In this document: positions 12,086 to 21,713 of the stretch, piece after piece
Position numbering within the stretch: position 1 is the first letter of the stretch
Layout of the letters: each line of letters opens with the position of its first letter
Assembly: GCA_963788235.1 (NCBI GenBank)
Contig: CAWBFV010000004.1
Coordinates: 89,030 to 153,029 of the forward strand
Length of the DNA: 64,000 bases
DNA from: an uncultured Chloroflexia bacterium
GTDB taxonomy: Bacteria > Chloroflexota > Limnocylindria > Limnocylindrales > CSP1-4
Reading direction: 5' to 3'
Program-made: the position numbers and the translations under genes
Notes under the pieces: model-generated
What the model saw: only the letters and a program-made list of their open reading frames with translations
Databases searched by the model: none
Told to the model about the DNA's origin: nothing

Positions 12086-12520
12086 TCAGTGTCCGCCGCC
12101 GACTCCGGTCTCGACGCCCCACAGCTCGGCGGCGCCGACCGTCACGACCTTCGTGCCGGGATCCGGTCCCTCGTCGAGGTACGCGACCCCGTCGGCGACG
12201 TGGTCGACGGCCACCTCGGTGCGCACGAACTCGAGGCCAGCCGGGTTCGTGTACGTCCAGGTCAGGCCCTTCTTGTCGTAGAGGATCGCCGCGTACGGCA
12301 CGGTCATCGCGCCGCCGCTCGACGCGACCTCGGTGGTCGCGACGCCCAGGCGCTGGGCGGCATGCTCCGAGAGCGTCAGCTTCTTGAGCTCGCTGCCCTC
12401 GATCTTGTCCACCGTCACGGCGGCCTCGGCGGCCGGTGGCTTGGCGGCGGAACCACACGCGGTGACCGCCAGCGTCACGAGCATCAGGACGCCCAGCGCC
12501 CCGGCGATCCTGGTCTTCAT
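12086..12520 (-). CDS. Small lipoprotein (mini periplasmic-adaptor-like) of RND module 2
   Basis: Internal ATG 12520 after a GAGGAG RBS. MKTRIAGALGVLMLVTLAVTAC gives a signal peptide plus lipobox. 144 aa. The C-terminal DGVAYLDEGPDPGTKVVTVGAAELWG resembles the C-terminal barrel segment of membrane-fusion proteins. Confidence 0.7.
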   Translation of the reverse strand: MKTRIAGALGVLMLVTLAVTACGSAAKPPAAEAAVTVDKIEGSELKKLTLSEHAAQRLGVATTEVASSGGAMTVPYAAILYDKKGLTWTYTNPAGLEFVRTEVAVDHVADGVAYLDEGPDPGTKVVTVGAAELWGVETGVGGGH

Positions 12521-12594
12521 CCCTCGACTCCTCGAAGCTCGATGTCGATGCGTTCGGTTGATGGGTGCGCGGTCGGTGGGCTGCATCAGGCCGC

Positions 12595-15500
12595 TCACGC
12601 CGGGCTCAAGCTGGGCTGCTCGACCTGCGTCTGACCCTCGGACTCGGGCTCCGGGCTCGGGCCGGTGCCGAAGACCACGACGGGGACGACGAACAGGGCG
12701 AAGATCGTGGAGGTGACGAGGCCGCCGAGGACCACGGCCGCCATGGGCCGGAGGATCTCCAAGCCGGCGCCGCCACCAAGGACGACCAACGGTGCGGCCA
12801 CCAGGGCGATCACCGCAGCGCTGATGAGGAGCGGTGCGAACCGCGCCTGGGCGCCCCCGAGGATGAGATCCGGATCGAAATTGGCGCCGGGCTCGTGCTC
12901 GAGACGCTGGTACTGATCGACGATGAGGATCCCGTGGCGCACGGCGAAGGCGAACACGACGATCAGCCCGCCGATCACCCCGATGGACAGCGATCCACCC
13001 AGCAACCACACGACCACGAAGGCACCGAGCAGAGCCGCCGGGAGCGTGACGAGCAGGCCAGCGGCGCGACGCCAGCTGGAGAACGCGGCCTGGAGCAGCA
13101 ACAGCACGCCGATGAGCACGCCGACGGTCACCGCGATCAGGCGATACAGCAGCGCCTGGCGCTCGGCGGCGCTGCCGAGGATCTCAGCCCGGTATTCGAA
13201 GGGGAACGAGATCCCCGCGACCGCGCCGTGGACGTCCGACATGACGCTATTGAGATCCCGACCGCTGACGGTGGCGCCGATGTCCATGTAGCGGAAGACA
13301 CCCTCGCGTTGCACGACCGACGCCGATGGGGCGATGTCCACCTTGGCGACCTGCGAGAGCGGCACGTAGCCGCCTCCGTCGGTCTGGATCGGGAGGTTGC
13401 GGACGGCATCGAGGCTGCCCCGGATCTCGGGCGCGCCCCAGACGATGACCTGGAAGACCTTCTGCTCCTCGAAGATGAGGCCGACCTCCAGGCCGGACAG
13501 GAGCGTGGTCGTGGCGCGTCGCACGTCGCCCGGCTTGAGGCCGAGTCGCTCCGCGGCGGGCAGGTCGACCTCGATCTGCAGGGTCGGCTGGTCGACCTGG
13601 GTCTCCAATGCGACGGCGGTCAGGCCGTTGACGCCGGACAGGGCGGCCGACACCTCGTCCGCCTTCTGGCGGATCGTGGCCTGGTCCTGGCCGTACACGC
13701 GGACGACGACGTCACGCTGGGGGGTGTCGAGGACCGCGTCGATGCGATCGTTGGTGTAGGTGCCGACGCGCAGGGCCAGCCCCGGATATCCGGCGACGAC
13801 GTTCTCGACCGCGCTCCGCGTCGTGGCGTAGTCGGCGTTGCGATCGATGGTCACCCAGATCGCCCCCGAGTCGGTCCCGACGACCTGGTCCGAGGTCACG
13901 GCTCGACCGACGTGTCCGCCGACATTGCTGACGCCGGGCACCGAGCGCAGCTCGGCGCCGGCACGTGCAGCGATGCGGTGCAGCGCCTCGGCTGACGTCC
14001 CTGGGGCAGCCTCGACAGCGACGATCAGGTCGCGCTCCTTGAACTGGGGCATGAAGCCGCCGTCGGCCTGACCGGCGATGGTGAGTCCGGCAGCCGCGAC
14101 CACCGCGACCGTGACCACGGCGCCGGCCGCGAAGATCGCGCGGCTTCGGGTGAGCGCCGCCGCCAGCGCGGACCGATAGGTGCCGGCGAGCCGCCGCGAC
14201 GCGCCGCCGACCCGCTGCGGGCGCTGGGCCTGCGGGAGCAGCAGCGATGCGAGGGCCGGGGTCAGCGTCAGGGCGACCACCAGGCCCACCAGGCTCGCGA
14301 CCGCGTAGGCGATGAGCATCGGCGGGAGGAACGACCCCGCGACACCGGTGAGCAACAGCAACGGCAGGATCGCCAGGGCGACGATCAACCAGGTGTAGAT
14401 GGCGGCACCGCGCGTCGCGGCGACCGCCTCGATGATGATCCAGCGTGGCGACCGGCCGGTATCGTTCTCCGCGGGTTGGCGGAGGCGGCGCACGATCGAT
14501 TCGGTCCCGACGATCGCGTCATCGATGACGATCAAGGCCGCGATCGCCAGCCCGGCGATCGTGATCGCATTCGCCGTCGCGGCCATGACGTACAGCACGA
14601 CCACGGCGGCGATCACCGTCATCACGATCGACACGAGCGCGATCACGGCGGGCCGCCAGCCGCGCAGGAAGACGAACAGCGCGAGCGCCGCGAGCAGGAG
14701 CGCGGCAAGGATCGCGATCGAGACGTTCGAGGCGGCTTCCTCGATGAACGTCGCCGGTCGGAAGACCCTCGTGTCGACGGTGATGCCGGCCATGCCGGGG
14801 GCCAGGGCGGCCATCGCCTTCTCGACGGCGCGGGTCACGTCGGCGGTGTCGGCGTTCGGGAACTTCTCGACGACGAGCATCAGCCCCGAGCCATCGCCGA
14901 CGACCGCGTCGCCGATCAGTGGCTGGTGATCCTCGATCACCGTCGCGACGTCACCGAGCGTGACCAGGCGCCCGCCCGTGTCATCTGGTTGGAAGGCGAT
15001 CGACGCGAGATCCTCCGGTGTCCGCACCGGGAAGATGTGGTGGACGCCGAGCCGCTGGTTGGGCGTGTCGATGAACCCGCCGGTCCCTGGTGTCGAGGCG
15101 TCCAGGAACGTGAGCGGCGAGACCCACAGGGAATTGCCGGTGGTCTCGATCACCTGTTGGAGCGTCACGCGCTGGGACTGGAGCTTGGCGGGATCGACCA
15201 GGACCTGGAGCTGGCGGTCGCGCATGCCCCAGATCGCCACGTTGGCGACCCCTGGCACGCTCATCAGCCGCGGCCGGATCGTCCACTGGGCGAGCACGGA
15301 CATGTCGATCATCGGCACGTCCTTGGAGGCGAGCGAGATCATCATCAGCCGGCTCGTCGACGACAACGGCTGGATCATCGTGGGCGGTCGTGAGACGTGC
15401 GGCAGCGCATGGGCCTGGGTCAGCCGTTCGGCGACGACCTGGCGCGCGCGGAAGACATCGGTCCCGGGCTCGAACAGCATCACGATCGAGGACAGCCCGG

Positions 15501-15765
15501 CCACGGACTGCGAGTGGATCTCGTCGAGGAAGGCCACGCCCTGGAGCAGGTCCGCCTCGAGCGGCACCGTGATCAGCTGCTCGACTTCGTCGGCCGACAG
15601 GCCGAGCGCCTCGGTCTGGACCTCGACGTACGTCGGGGCGAACTCGGGCACGGCCGTGACCGAGAGATTCGGCAGCTGGGTCGCGCCGAACAGGATGATG
15701 GCTCCGCTGATACCGAGCATCAACAGCCGGTAGCGCAGGCTCCAGGCAACGACCGACCGCATCAT
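12595..15765 (-). CDS. RND efflux permease, CzcA/CusA-like (module 2, subunit A)
   Basis: ORF 12595..15855. Start at ATG 15765 (MMRSVVAWSLRY) after a GGAGGG RBS. About three-quarters identical to the 1150.. protein over the N-terminal ~190 aa that I aligned by eye. Confidence 0.9.
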   Translation of the reverse strand: MMRSVVAWSLRYRLLMLGISGAIILFGATQLPNLSVTAVPEFAPTYVEVQTEALGLSADEVEQLITVPLEADLLQGVAFLDEIHSQSVAGLSSIVMLFEPGTDVFRARQVVAERLTQAHALPHVSRPPTMIQPLSSTSRLMMISLASKDVPMIDMSVLAQWTIRPRLMSVPGVANVAIWGMRDRQLQVLVDPAKLQSQRVTLQQVIETTGNSLWVSPLTFLDASTPGTGGFIDTPNQRLGVHHIFPVRTPEDLASIAFQPDDTGGRLVTLGDVATVIEDHQPLIGDAVVGDGSGLMLVVEKFPNADTADVTRAVEKAMAALAPGMAGITVDTRVFRPATFIEEAASNVSIAILAALLLAALALFVFLRGWRPAVIALVSIVMTVIAAVVVLYVMAATANAITIAGLAIAALIVIDDAIVGTESIVRRLRQPAENDTGRSPRWIIIEAVAATRGAAIYTWLIVALAILPLLLLTGVAGSFLPPMLIAYAVASLVGLVVALTLTPALASLLLPQAQRPQRVGGASRRLAGTYRSALAAALTRSRAIFAAGAVVTVAVVAAAGLTIAGQADGGFMPQFKERDLIVAVEAAPGTSAEALHRIAARAGAELRSVPGVSNVGGHVGRAVTSDQVVGTDSGAIWVTIDRNADYATTRSAVENVVAGYPGLALRVGTYTNDRIDAVLDTPQRDVVVRVYGQDQATIRQKADEVSAALSGVNGLTAVALETQVDQPTLQIEVDLPAAERLGLKPGDVRRATTTLLSGLEVGLIFEEQKVFQVIVWGAPEIRGSLDAVRNLPIQTDGGGYVPLSQVAKVDIAPSASVVQREGVFRYMDIGATVSGRDLNSVMSDVHGAVAGISFPFEYRAEILGSAAERQALLYRLIAVTVGVLIGVLLLLQAAFSSWRRAAGLLVTLPAALLGAFVVVWLLGGSLSIGVIGGLIVVFAFAVRHGILIVDQYQRLEHEPGANFDPDLILGGAQARFAPLLISAAVIALVAAPLVVLGGGAGLEILRPMAAVVLGGLVTSTIFALFVVPVVVFGTGPSPEPESEGQTQVEQPSLSPA

Positions 15766-15943
15766 CGACGGGACCCTCCGAGGACAGTGGTGTGGGTGCG
15801 CATCCGTGGATGTCGTCTGGGGCGGGTGATCGGCACGCGAACGACCCCCGGACACGACAGTCCGACGCGGGCGTTGGCGGCAAGCCCCTCCGACATGGCC
15901 CCCCAGCCCGGTACGGGTACGGCGGCTCCCCCCGCCGACGGCG

Positions 15944-15964
15944 CCGAAGGCAAGGGCTTCGGCC
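15944..15964 (-). terminator. GC-rich hairpin between the response regulator gene and RND module 2 (possible terminator/attenuator)
   Basis: GCCGAAG-7 nt-CTTCGGC perfect 7-bp stem. No U-tract. Confidence 0.25.
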
Positions 15965-16049
15965 CTCCGAATCTAGGTTTTGGGGTCAGCGCGCGCCCAT
16001 ACTCAAAATGCACCACCGTGCGCGCGGCGCGTGACCAATCGACGTCGGA

Positions 16050-16784
16050 CTAGTCGTCGGTGACGAGGCCGCTCCGGATGGCGTAGCGAGTGAGCGCGTT
16101 GTTGCCACGAAGGCCGAGCTTCTCCGAGACGTTGGCGATGTGCCGGCGGACGGTGTGGACGCTGATCCCGAGCATCGTGCCGATCTCGGACGGCGCGTGG
16201 CCGGACGCCACGAGCCGGAGGATCTCGCGTTCGCGGGCGCTCAAGGGTCCGCTGCGGTACCAGCGGATCGAGTCCTCCACCACCGCGCCCGTGACGCTGC
16301 TGTGCAGGTACCGCTGACCGCGAGCGACCGCACGGATCGCTGCATACAGCTCTTCGAGGTGCGCACCCTTGACCAGGTAGCCCGACGCGCCGGCAGCGAG
16401 CGCCTGGCGCACGGTCTCCGGATCACTGTGCATGGTCAGGATGATCACCCGCAGCCCCGGTTGGATCGCGGGGAGTGATTCGAGCAGCGGCAGCGCGTCG
16501 CCCTCGGGCAGCGTGAGGTCGAGCAGCAGCACGTCGGGCTTCGTCGTCGCGACGAGCTCGAGCGCACCGGCACGGCTGGCCGCCTCACCCACGATCTCGA
16601 AGCCCTCGGCGCCGGCGAGCGCGAGCCGCAGCCCCTCGCGGACGAGGTGGTGGTCCTCGACGAGCGCGACGCGGATCGGACCCGGGCGAGCGGACGGTCG
16701 GGATCTCGCCGCGTCATCACGCGGGCGCGGCGACGCCGGAAAGCCGTCCCGTCCCTCATGGTCCGCGGCGCTGATGATGTCCAT
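16050..16784 (-). CDS. Two-component response regulator, NarL/FixJ (LuxR-type HTH) family
   Basis: Receiver domain (VALVEDHHLVREGL ... DVLLLDLTLPEGD ... ILTMHSD). C-terminal LuxR HTH (LSAREREILRLVASGHAPSEIGTMLGISVHTVRRHIANVSEKLG). Confidence 0.9.
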   Translation of the reverse strand: MDIISAADHEGRDGFPASPRPRDDAARSRPSARPGPIRVALVEDHHLVREGLRLALAGAEGFEIVGEAASRAGALELVATTKPDVLLLDLTLPEGDALPLLESLPAIQPGLRVIILTMHSDPETVRQALAAGASGYLVKGAHLEELYAAIRAVARGQRYLHSSVTGAVVEDSIRWYRSGPLSAREREILRLVASGHAPSEIGTMLGISVHTVRRHIANVSEKLGLRGNNALTRYAIRSGLVTDD

Positions 16785-17860
16785 CAGACGGTCGACTTGA
16801 CGTCGGCGAGGGCGGTCGCCGTCGTACGGCGCGCTCGACCTCTGGGTGGTGTGGGGATGATGAGCGACACGATGGTGCCGCTGCCTGGGCTCGAAAGGAG
16901 GTCCAGCTGTGCGTGCAAGATGCTGGCTCGCTCATCCATGCCCGGAAGCCCGAGCCCCTGACCCCTGTCGAGCGGATCGAGCCCTCGTCCGTTGTCACCG
17001 ACCTCGAGCTGGATGTTGCCTCGCCCAACGCGGGCAGCGATCCAGATCAGCGACGCCCCGCTGTGCCGCGCCGCGTTGCTGATCGCCTCCTGGACGATGC
17101 GGAACGTGTCGATCTCGGTCTCCGGTTCCAGCATGCCGGGTGGCAGGATCGTCGGGTGGAACCGGACGTCGACCGGTACACCGGCTCCCCGGGCAAGGTT
17201 CACGAGGGCGGCACCGAGCCCGATCTCATGGATCCTGGCCGGCCGTAACTGGGCCGCAACGTCGCGTGCCTCCTCGAGCGCCGCGGACGCCAGGGTCTGC
17301 GCGCGACTGATCGACGATCTGGCGAGCTCCGAAGGCGGGTTCGGGCCGGACCACAGCTCTGCCTCTGCAGCGTCGAGCGTCAGGATCACCGCGGTCAACG
17401 TCTGGCCGACGCCATCATGGAGATTGCGCGCCAGCCGACCGCGCTCCTGCTCCTGGGCCGTCAACAGCCGTTCGCTGGCCTCCCGATAGAGGGCCGCGTA
17501 CCGTCTCGCCGACGTGCCGATCCGGTCGGCGAGGAACGCGACGATGAGCCCGATCCCGACCATGAGCGGCCACTCGGCGTAGTCGTAGAAGTCGAGCGGC
17601 TCGGGCTCCAGCGGGTTGCCGACACCGATGGCGGCGATCGAGTAGACGAACGCAGCCGTACCGACGAGCGCGATCCGAATCACCGCTGCGGTAAACCGGT
17701 AGATGAACGCGCCGATGCCGATGACGACCAGCAGCGCCTGCGCGAGGATCTCGTAGTCTGCGATCCGCGCGAACGTCGCCAGGGCGAGGCCGAGCGTGAC
17801 GCCATCGACCAGACGGCGCATGCCTACCGCACCCATGCCCATGGGCCCCACAACAGCCAT
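16784..17860 (-). CDS. Sensor histidine kinase, HisKA_3 (NarX/DesK-like) family
   Basis: C-terminal 358 aa of ORF 16784..19150, starting at ATG 17860. N-terminal TM segments, H-box ERGRLARNLHDGVGQTL, and HATPase_c (VQEAISNAARHSGAS ... VGDNGRGL ... GLGLPGMDERA). The stop overlaps the regulator start by 1 nt. Confidence 0.85.
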   Translation of the reverse strand: MAVVGPMGMGAVGMRRLVDGVTLGLALATFARIADYEILAQALLVVIGIGAFIYRFTAAVIRIALVGTAAFVYSIAAIGVGNPLEPEPLDFYDYAEWPLMVGIGLIVAFLADRIGTSARRYAALYREASERLLTAQEQERGRLARNLHDGVGQTLTAVILTLDAAEAELWSGPNPPSELARSSISRAQTLASAALEEARDVAAQLRPARIHEIGLGAALVNLARGAGVPVDVRFHPTILPPGMLEPETEIDTFRIVQEAISNAARHSGASLIWIAARVGRGNIQLEVGDNGRGLDPLDRGQGLGLPGMDERASILHAQLDLLSSPGSGTIVSLIIPTPPRGRARRTTATALADVKSTV

Positions 17861-17945
17861 GTGCTGGTTCCCAACCCCCCAAGACGGTCCGGCGATCAGC
17901 CTCTGTGCGCGACGCTCGACGACGAAAGGACTATAGGAGCGCGGG

Positions 17946-17961
17946 ACTATCCGCGGATAGT
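17946..17961. promoter_or_regulatory. Perfect 16-bp palindrome (7-2-7 layout) upstream of the histidine kinase/regulator operon
   Basis: ACTATCC-GC-GGATAGT at 17946-17961, ~85-100 nt upstream of ATG 17860. An extra GGACTAT half-site lies at 17928-17934. Confidence 0.35.
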
Positions 17962-18033
17962 GTTCCGGTGCGTCGACGCACCGTCTTCGATCGGTGCGAT
18001 CGCCAGCTGAGCGACGATCCAGCGCCGCTCGGG

Positions 18034-18846
18034 CTACTCGATGACGAGCCCGGACGGGACGTCGCTGGCAACGGGCGGGTAGGCCGGCTTCAGGCCGGCG
18101 ATCGTGTCGGCGAGGATGGACGCCACCGCCAGATTGCGGAACCACTTGCGGTTGGCCGGGATGACGTACCACGGCGCGGCGGCGGTCGATGTCTTCGACA
18201 GCGCGTCGTCGAACGCGGCCTGGTAGTCGTCCCACAGCTTGCGTTCCTCGAGGTCGCCCATCGCGAACTTCCAGCGCTTCGTCGGGTCGTCGTAGCGCGC
18301 CTGGAAGCGGTCTCGCTGCTCGTCCTTGTCGATCGCGAGGAAGAACTTGACGAGCGTCGTCCCGTTGTCGGTCAGGTGCTGCTCGAAGGCGTTGATCTGG
18401 TCGTATCGCTTCGACCACACTCGCTTGGGCACGATGTCGTGCACGCGGACGACGAGCACGTCTTCGTAGTGCGAGCGGTTGAAGATGCCGATCTCGCCCT
18501 TGCGTGGCACGGCCCGATGGACCCGCCACAGGTAATCGTGCGCGAGCTCCTCGGTGCTCGGCACCTTGAACGCGGTCACCGGGCAACCCTGCGGGTTGAA
18601 GGCCTCCATGACCTTGTTGATCGTGCCGTCCTTGCCCGCCGCGTCGATGCCCTGCAGCACGACCAGCACGGATCGCTTGCCCTCGGCCCAGAACCGGTCC
18701 TGCAGCGCCGCCAACCGGTCGAGCTGTTTCGCCGTCTCGGGTTCGGCCCCGGCCTTGTCCCAACCCAGCGTCGCGCCGTGATCGCGGCCCTCGAGGCGGA
18801 TGCGCGTCCCGGGTTTCACGCGAAGGGCGGCTCGGAAATCGGTCAT
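18034..18846 (-). CDS. ppk2: Polyphosphate kinase 2 family (polyphosphate:nucleotide phosphotransferase)
   Basis: Start at ATG 18846 (MTDFRAAL). Walker-A-like GIDAAGKDG, then YLWRVHRAVPRKGEIGIFNRSHYEDVL and PWYVIPANRKWFRN, all PPK2 hallmarks. Confidence 0.85.
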   Translation of the reverse strand: MTDFRAALRVKPGTRIRLEGRDHGATLGWDKAGAEPETAKQLDRLAALQDRFWAEGKRSVLVVLQGIDAAGKDGTINKVMEAFNPQGCPVTAFKVPSTEELAHDYLWRVHRAVPRKGEIGIFNRSHYEDVLVVRVHDIVPKRVWSKRYDQINAFEQHLTDNGTTLVKFFLAIDKDEQRDRFQARYDDPTKRWKFAMGDLEERKLWDDYQAAFDDALSKTSTAAAPWYVIPANRKWFRNLAVASILADTIAGLKPAYPPVASDVPSGLVIE

Positions 18847-18965
18847 CGAGCGTATCGTCGCACGGCTGTTTGGCGTACGACGGGTTTCGTCGCAGACGGC
18901 CGATCGTGAGTCGCCGCAGTACCATCGCGGCATCGCAACCAGATCCCACGCGCAGGAGCGCCTCG

Positions 18966-20411
18966 ATGACCGTCGCCACCGGCACCAAACCGCATCCGAT
19001 CTTCCTGGCCGGTCGCTGGGTCGACTCGCCCGACGTGCTCGAGGTCGCCAACCCGGCCGACCCGGAGCATCCCGCGGGCGCCACGTACCAGGCGACCCCC
19101 GAGCAGTACGACGAGGCGGTCGACGCCGCGGTCGCCGCGTTCGACGTCACTCGTAAGCTGCCCGCCTACGAGCGTGGCCGCATCCTTCGCGAGATCTCGG
19201 CCGGGATCAAGTCGCGTCGCGAGGAGCTCGGCAAGCTGATCGCGCTCGAGGCGGGCAAGCCGATCCGCGACGCGCTGGTCGAGGTGGACCGTGCCGTCCT
19301 GACGTTCCGCCTCGGCGCCGAGGAGGCGGAGCGCATGACCGGCGAGCTGATCCCGCTCGACCTCATGCCGGCATCGAAGGACCGGGTCGGCATCACGCGG
19401 CGGTTCCCGATCGGACCGATCGCCGCGATCTCGCCGTTCAACTTCCCGCTCAACCTCGCGGCGCACAAGCTGTCGCCGGCGATCGCCAGCGGCAACCCGA
19501 TCGTCCTCAAGCCGCCGTCCAAGGACCCGCTGACGATGCTGACGGTCGCCGAGATCGTCGAGGCGGCCGGGGTGCCGACGGGCGCGGTGAGCATCCTGCC
19601 CATGACCCGCGAACTCGGCGACCGGATGGTCGCGGACGAGCGGTTCAAGCTGCTCACGTTCACCGGCTCGCCGTCGGTCGGCTGGCGGATGAAGGAACGC
19701 GCGGGCAAGAAGAAGGTCGTGCTGGAGCTCGGCGGCAATGCCGGGGTCATCGTGGACAAGACCGCGAACCTCGACTGGGCCGTCAAGCGGACCCTGGTCG
19801 GGGCCTACGCCTACGCGGGCCAGGTGTGCATCAGCGTCCAGCGCATGTTCGTCCACGAGGCGATCTGGGACGCGTTCATGGACAAGTTCCTGGCGGGCGT
19901 CGCGGCGCTGAAGGTCGGCGATCCGCTCGATCCGACGACCGACGTCGGCCCGATGGTCGACGAGCACCAGGCCAGCCGCACCCAGCGCTGGGTCGACGAG
20001 GCGGTCGCGATGGGTGGCACGGTCCTCGCCGGCGGCAAGGCCAACGGCACGTTCTTTCCGCCGACCGTCCTGACCGACGTCCCGGTCGCGGCGCAGGTCT
20101 GCAGCAACGAGGCCTTCGCCCCGCTGGTCGTAGCCTTCCCGTTCGCCGACATGTCCGACGCCATCACCCGCGTCAACGACTCGATGTTCGGGCTGCAGAC
20201 CGGCGTCTTCACCAACGACCTGGCCGGGGCGTGGCAGTCGTTCAACGAGCTCGAGGTCGGCGGGGTCATCGTCAACGACATCCCGACATACCGCATCGAT
20301 CACATGCCGTACGGCGGCGTCAAGGACTCGGGGCAGGGCCGCGAGGGGCTGCGCTGGGCGATCGAGGACATGACGGAGATCCGCATCATGGTGCTCGCCC
20401 AGCCCTCCTGA
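18966..20411 (+). CDS. NAD(P)-dependent aldehyde dehydrogenase
   Basis: Start at ATG 18966. FNFPLNL, the catalytic Glu block LELGGNAGVIV and the catalytic Cys block GQVCISVQR. Confidence 0.85.
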   Translation: MTVATGTKPHPIFLAGRWVDSPDVLEVANPADPEHPAGATYQATPEQYDEAVDAAVAAFDVTRKLPAYERGRILREISAGIKSRREELGKLIALEAGKPIRDALVEVDRAVLTFRLGAEEAERMTGELIPLDLMPASKDRVGITRRFPIGPIAAISPFNFPLNLAAHKLSPAIASGNPIVLKPPSKDPLTMLTVAEIVEAAGVPTGAVSILPMTRELGDRMVADERFKLLTFTGSPSVGWRMKERAGKKKVVLELGGNAGVIVDKTANLDWAVKRTLVGAYAYAGQVCISVQRMFVHEAIWDAFMDKFLAGVAALKVGDPLDPTTDVGPMVDEHQASRTQRWVDEAVAMGGTVLAGGKANGTFFPPTVLTDVPVAAQVCSNEAFAPLVVAFPFADMSDAITRVNDSMFGLQTGVFTNDLAGAWQSFNELEVGGVIVNDIPTYRIDHMPYGGVKDSGQGREGLRWAIEDMTEIRIMVLAQPS

Positions 20412-20420
20412 GGCGACGGA

Positions 20421-21713
20421 TCAGCCGAGCTCGCGCTCGAGCCGTGCCAGTCGATCGAGAGGTGCCACGAGGTTCCGCTCGACCCAAGCCTCGTGCTCGG
20501 TGGGGCGGCTGCCGCGGTCCAGCGAGGCGGCGATGCGACTCGCCCACCAGGCGGTGCCGATCGCGGCGAGCCCAGCCCGGTCCGGCAGCGACCGCCCTCG
20601 ACCCTCGAAATACGGCCGAAGGGCGTCGACCACGATCGGCGATGCCCAGAAGTCGCTGACCAGCAACGGCCCGATGTCGCGCTGCGATCTCGTGCGCTCA
20701 TCCGCCGCGAGCAGGTTCAGCAGATCGGCCCCGGGGATGCCCGCGGGATGCCACGTATCCCAGTCGAAGAGGCCGGACAGGCGCCCATCGACGACGAGCA
20801 TGTTGTTGAGCCACAGATCGCCGTGCACGAGCACCGACGGCATCCCCGCCGACCAGCGCTCGACCGAATTGCTGACCCCCTCGAGCGCGTCGGCGTGCTC
20901 GGGGAACGCGAGCGCCACGTCAGCGAGCTGGTCGGCGACGGCGAGCCCCGGTGACGGGTCCTCGGGGAGGTGCAGCAGCAACCCCGTGACCTCCTGGACC
21001 AGCCCAGAAGTCAACCGCAGCGTGTGACGCCCGGGGAGCAGCGTCTCGGTCGCCCACCGGGCACCGGCCGTCGTCCCGATCGCGATCGGTCGCGGCACGA
21101 ACGGGACCCCGGCTGCCTCGAGGGCGACGAGTGCCGCGTAGCCACGGTGCTCCGCCTTCGGGTGACCAAGTCGCGCGACCCGGAGCTCCGCGGACATCCC
21201 GTCGTGCAGCGGGATCGTGGCCAGGGCCGAGCCGTCGCCGCTCGGACGCAACGCCGATTCGAGGGCGATCCCGCCGGCCTCCGCCACGACCGCCTCGATC
21301 ACCCGGGTCGGGCGATCGCCGCGGACGAGCTCGGCCAGCACGCCGCTGAGGATCGCGGCCCGGATCGGTCCGCGCAGCCGGCCGGGTCGGCGGACCGCCG
21401 GCAATCGATGGAGCTCGGCCAGCTTCAGGTCGCCGGGCGGTGCGGCACGAAGCGCCGCGATCGTCACCTCGCGCGCGATGGCGCCCGGTACGAGGCCCAT
21501 CGACGGCCGCGCGTTCCGGGCGATGCGGCCCCAGAGCACGACGTCGACGCCATCGGGCGCGGTCGGCGGGCTCCAGATCCCGCTCGCTTCCTGGATCGCC
21601 GTCGGCACCTGCGGGTCGGCCGGACCGAACAGGAACGCGGTCGAGCCGAAGACGTCGGGGAGCCGCCGTCGGGCGGACGAGCGGGGATCGGTGGCGCGTC
21701 TGGCTCGGCTCAT
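20421..21713 (-). CDS. Phosphotransferase (APH-like) family protein
   Basis: Start at ATG 21713 overlaps the flippase stop as ATGA. Motifs VLVHGDLWLNNMLV and LFDWDTW. Confidence 0.6.
   Translation of the reverse strand: MSRARRATDPRSSARRRLPDVFGSTAFLFGPADPQVPTAIQEASGIWSPPTAPDGVDVVLWGRIARNARPSMGLVPGAIAREVTIAALRAAPPGDLKLAELHRLPAVRRPGRLRGPIRAAILSGVLAELVRGDRPTRVIEAVVAEAGGIALESALRPSGDGSALATIPLHDGMSAELRVARLGHPKAEHRGYAALVALEAAGVPFVPRPIAIGTTAGARWATETLLPGRHTLRLTSGLVQEVTGLLLHLPEDPSPGLAVADQLADVALAFPEHADALEGVSNSVERWSAGMPSVLVHGDLWLNNMLVVDGRLSGLFDWDTWHPAGIPGADLLNLLAADERTRSQRDIGPLLVSDFWASPIVVDALRPYFEGRGRSLPDRAGLAAIGTAWWASRIAASLDRGSRPTEHEAWVERNLVAPLDRLARLERELG

Noticed and set aside
17861-19150. The N-terminal 430 aa of ORF 16784..19150, which would make a 788-aa histidine kinase.
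   Set aside because: The extension is compositionally junk (RRGRAG-type) and overlaps the well-supported PPK2 gene in another frame on the same strand. The kinase begins at ATG 17860, just before its TM segments.
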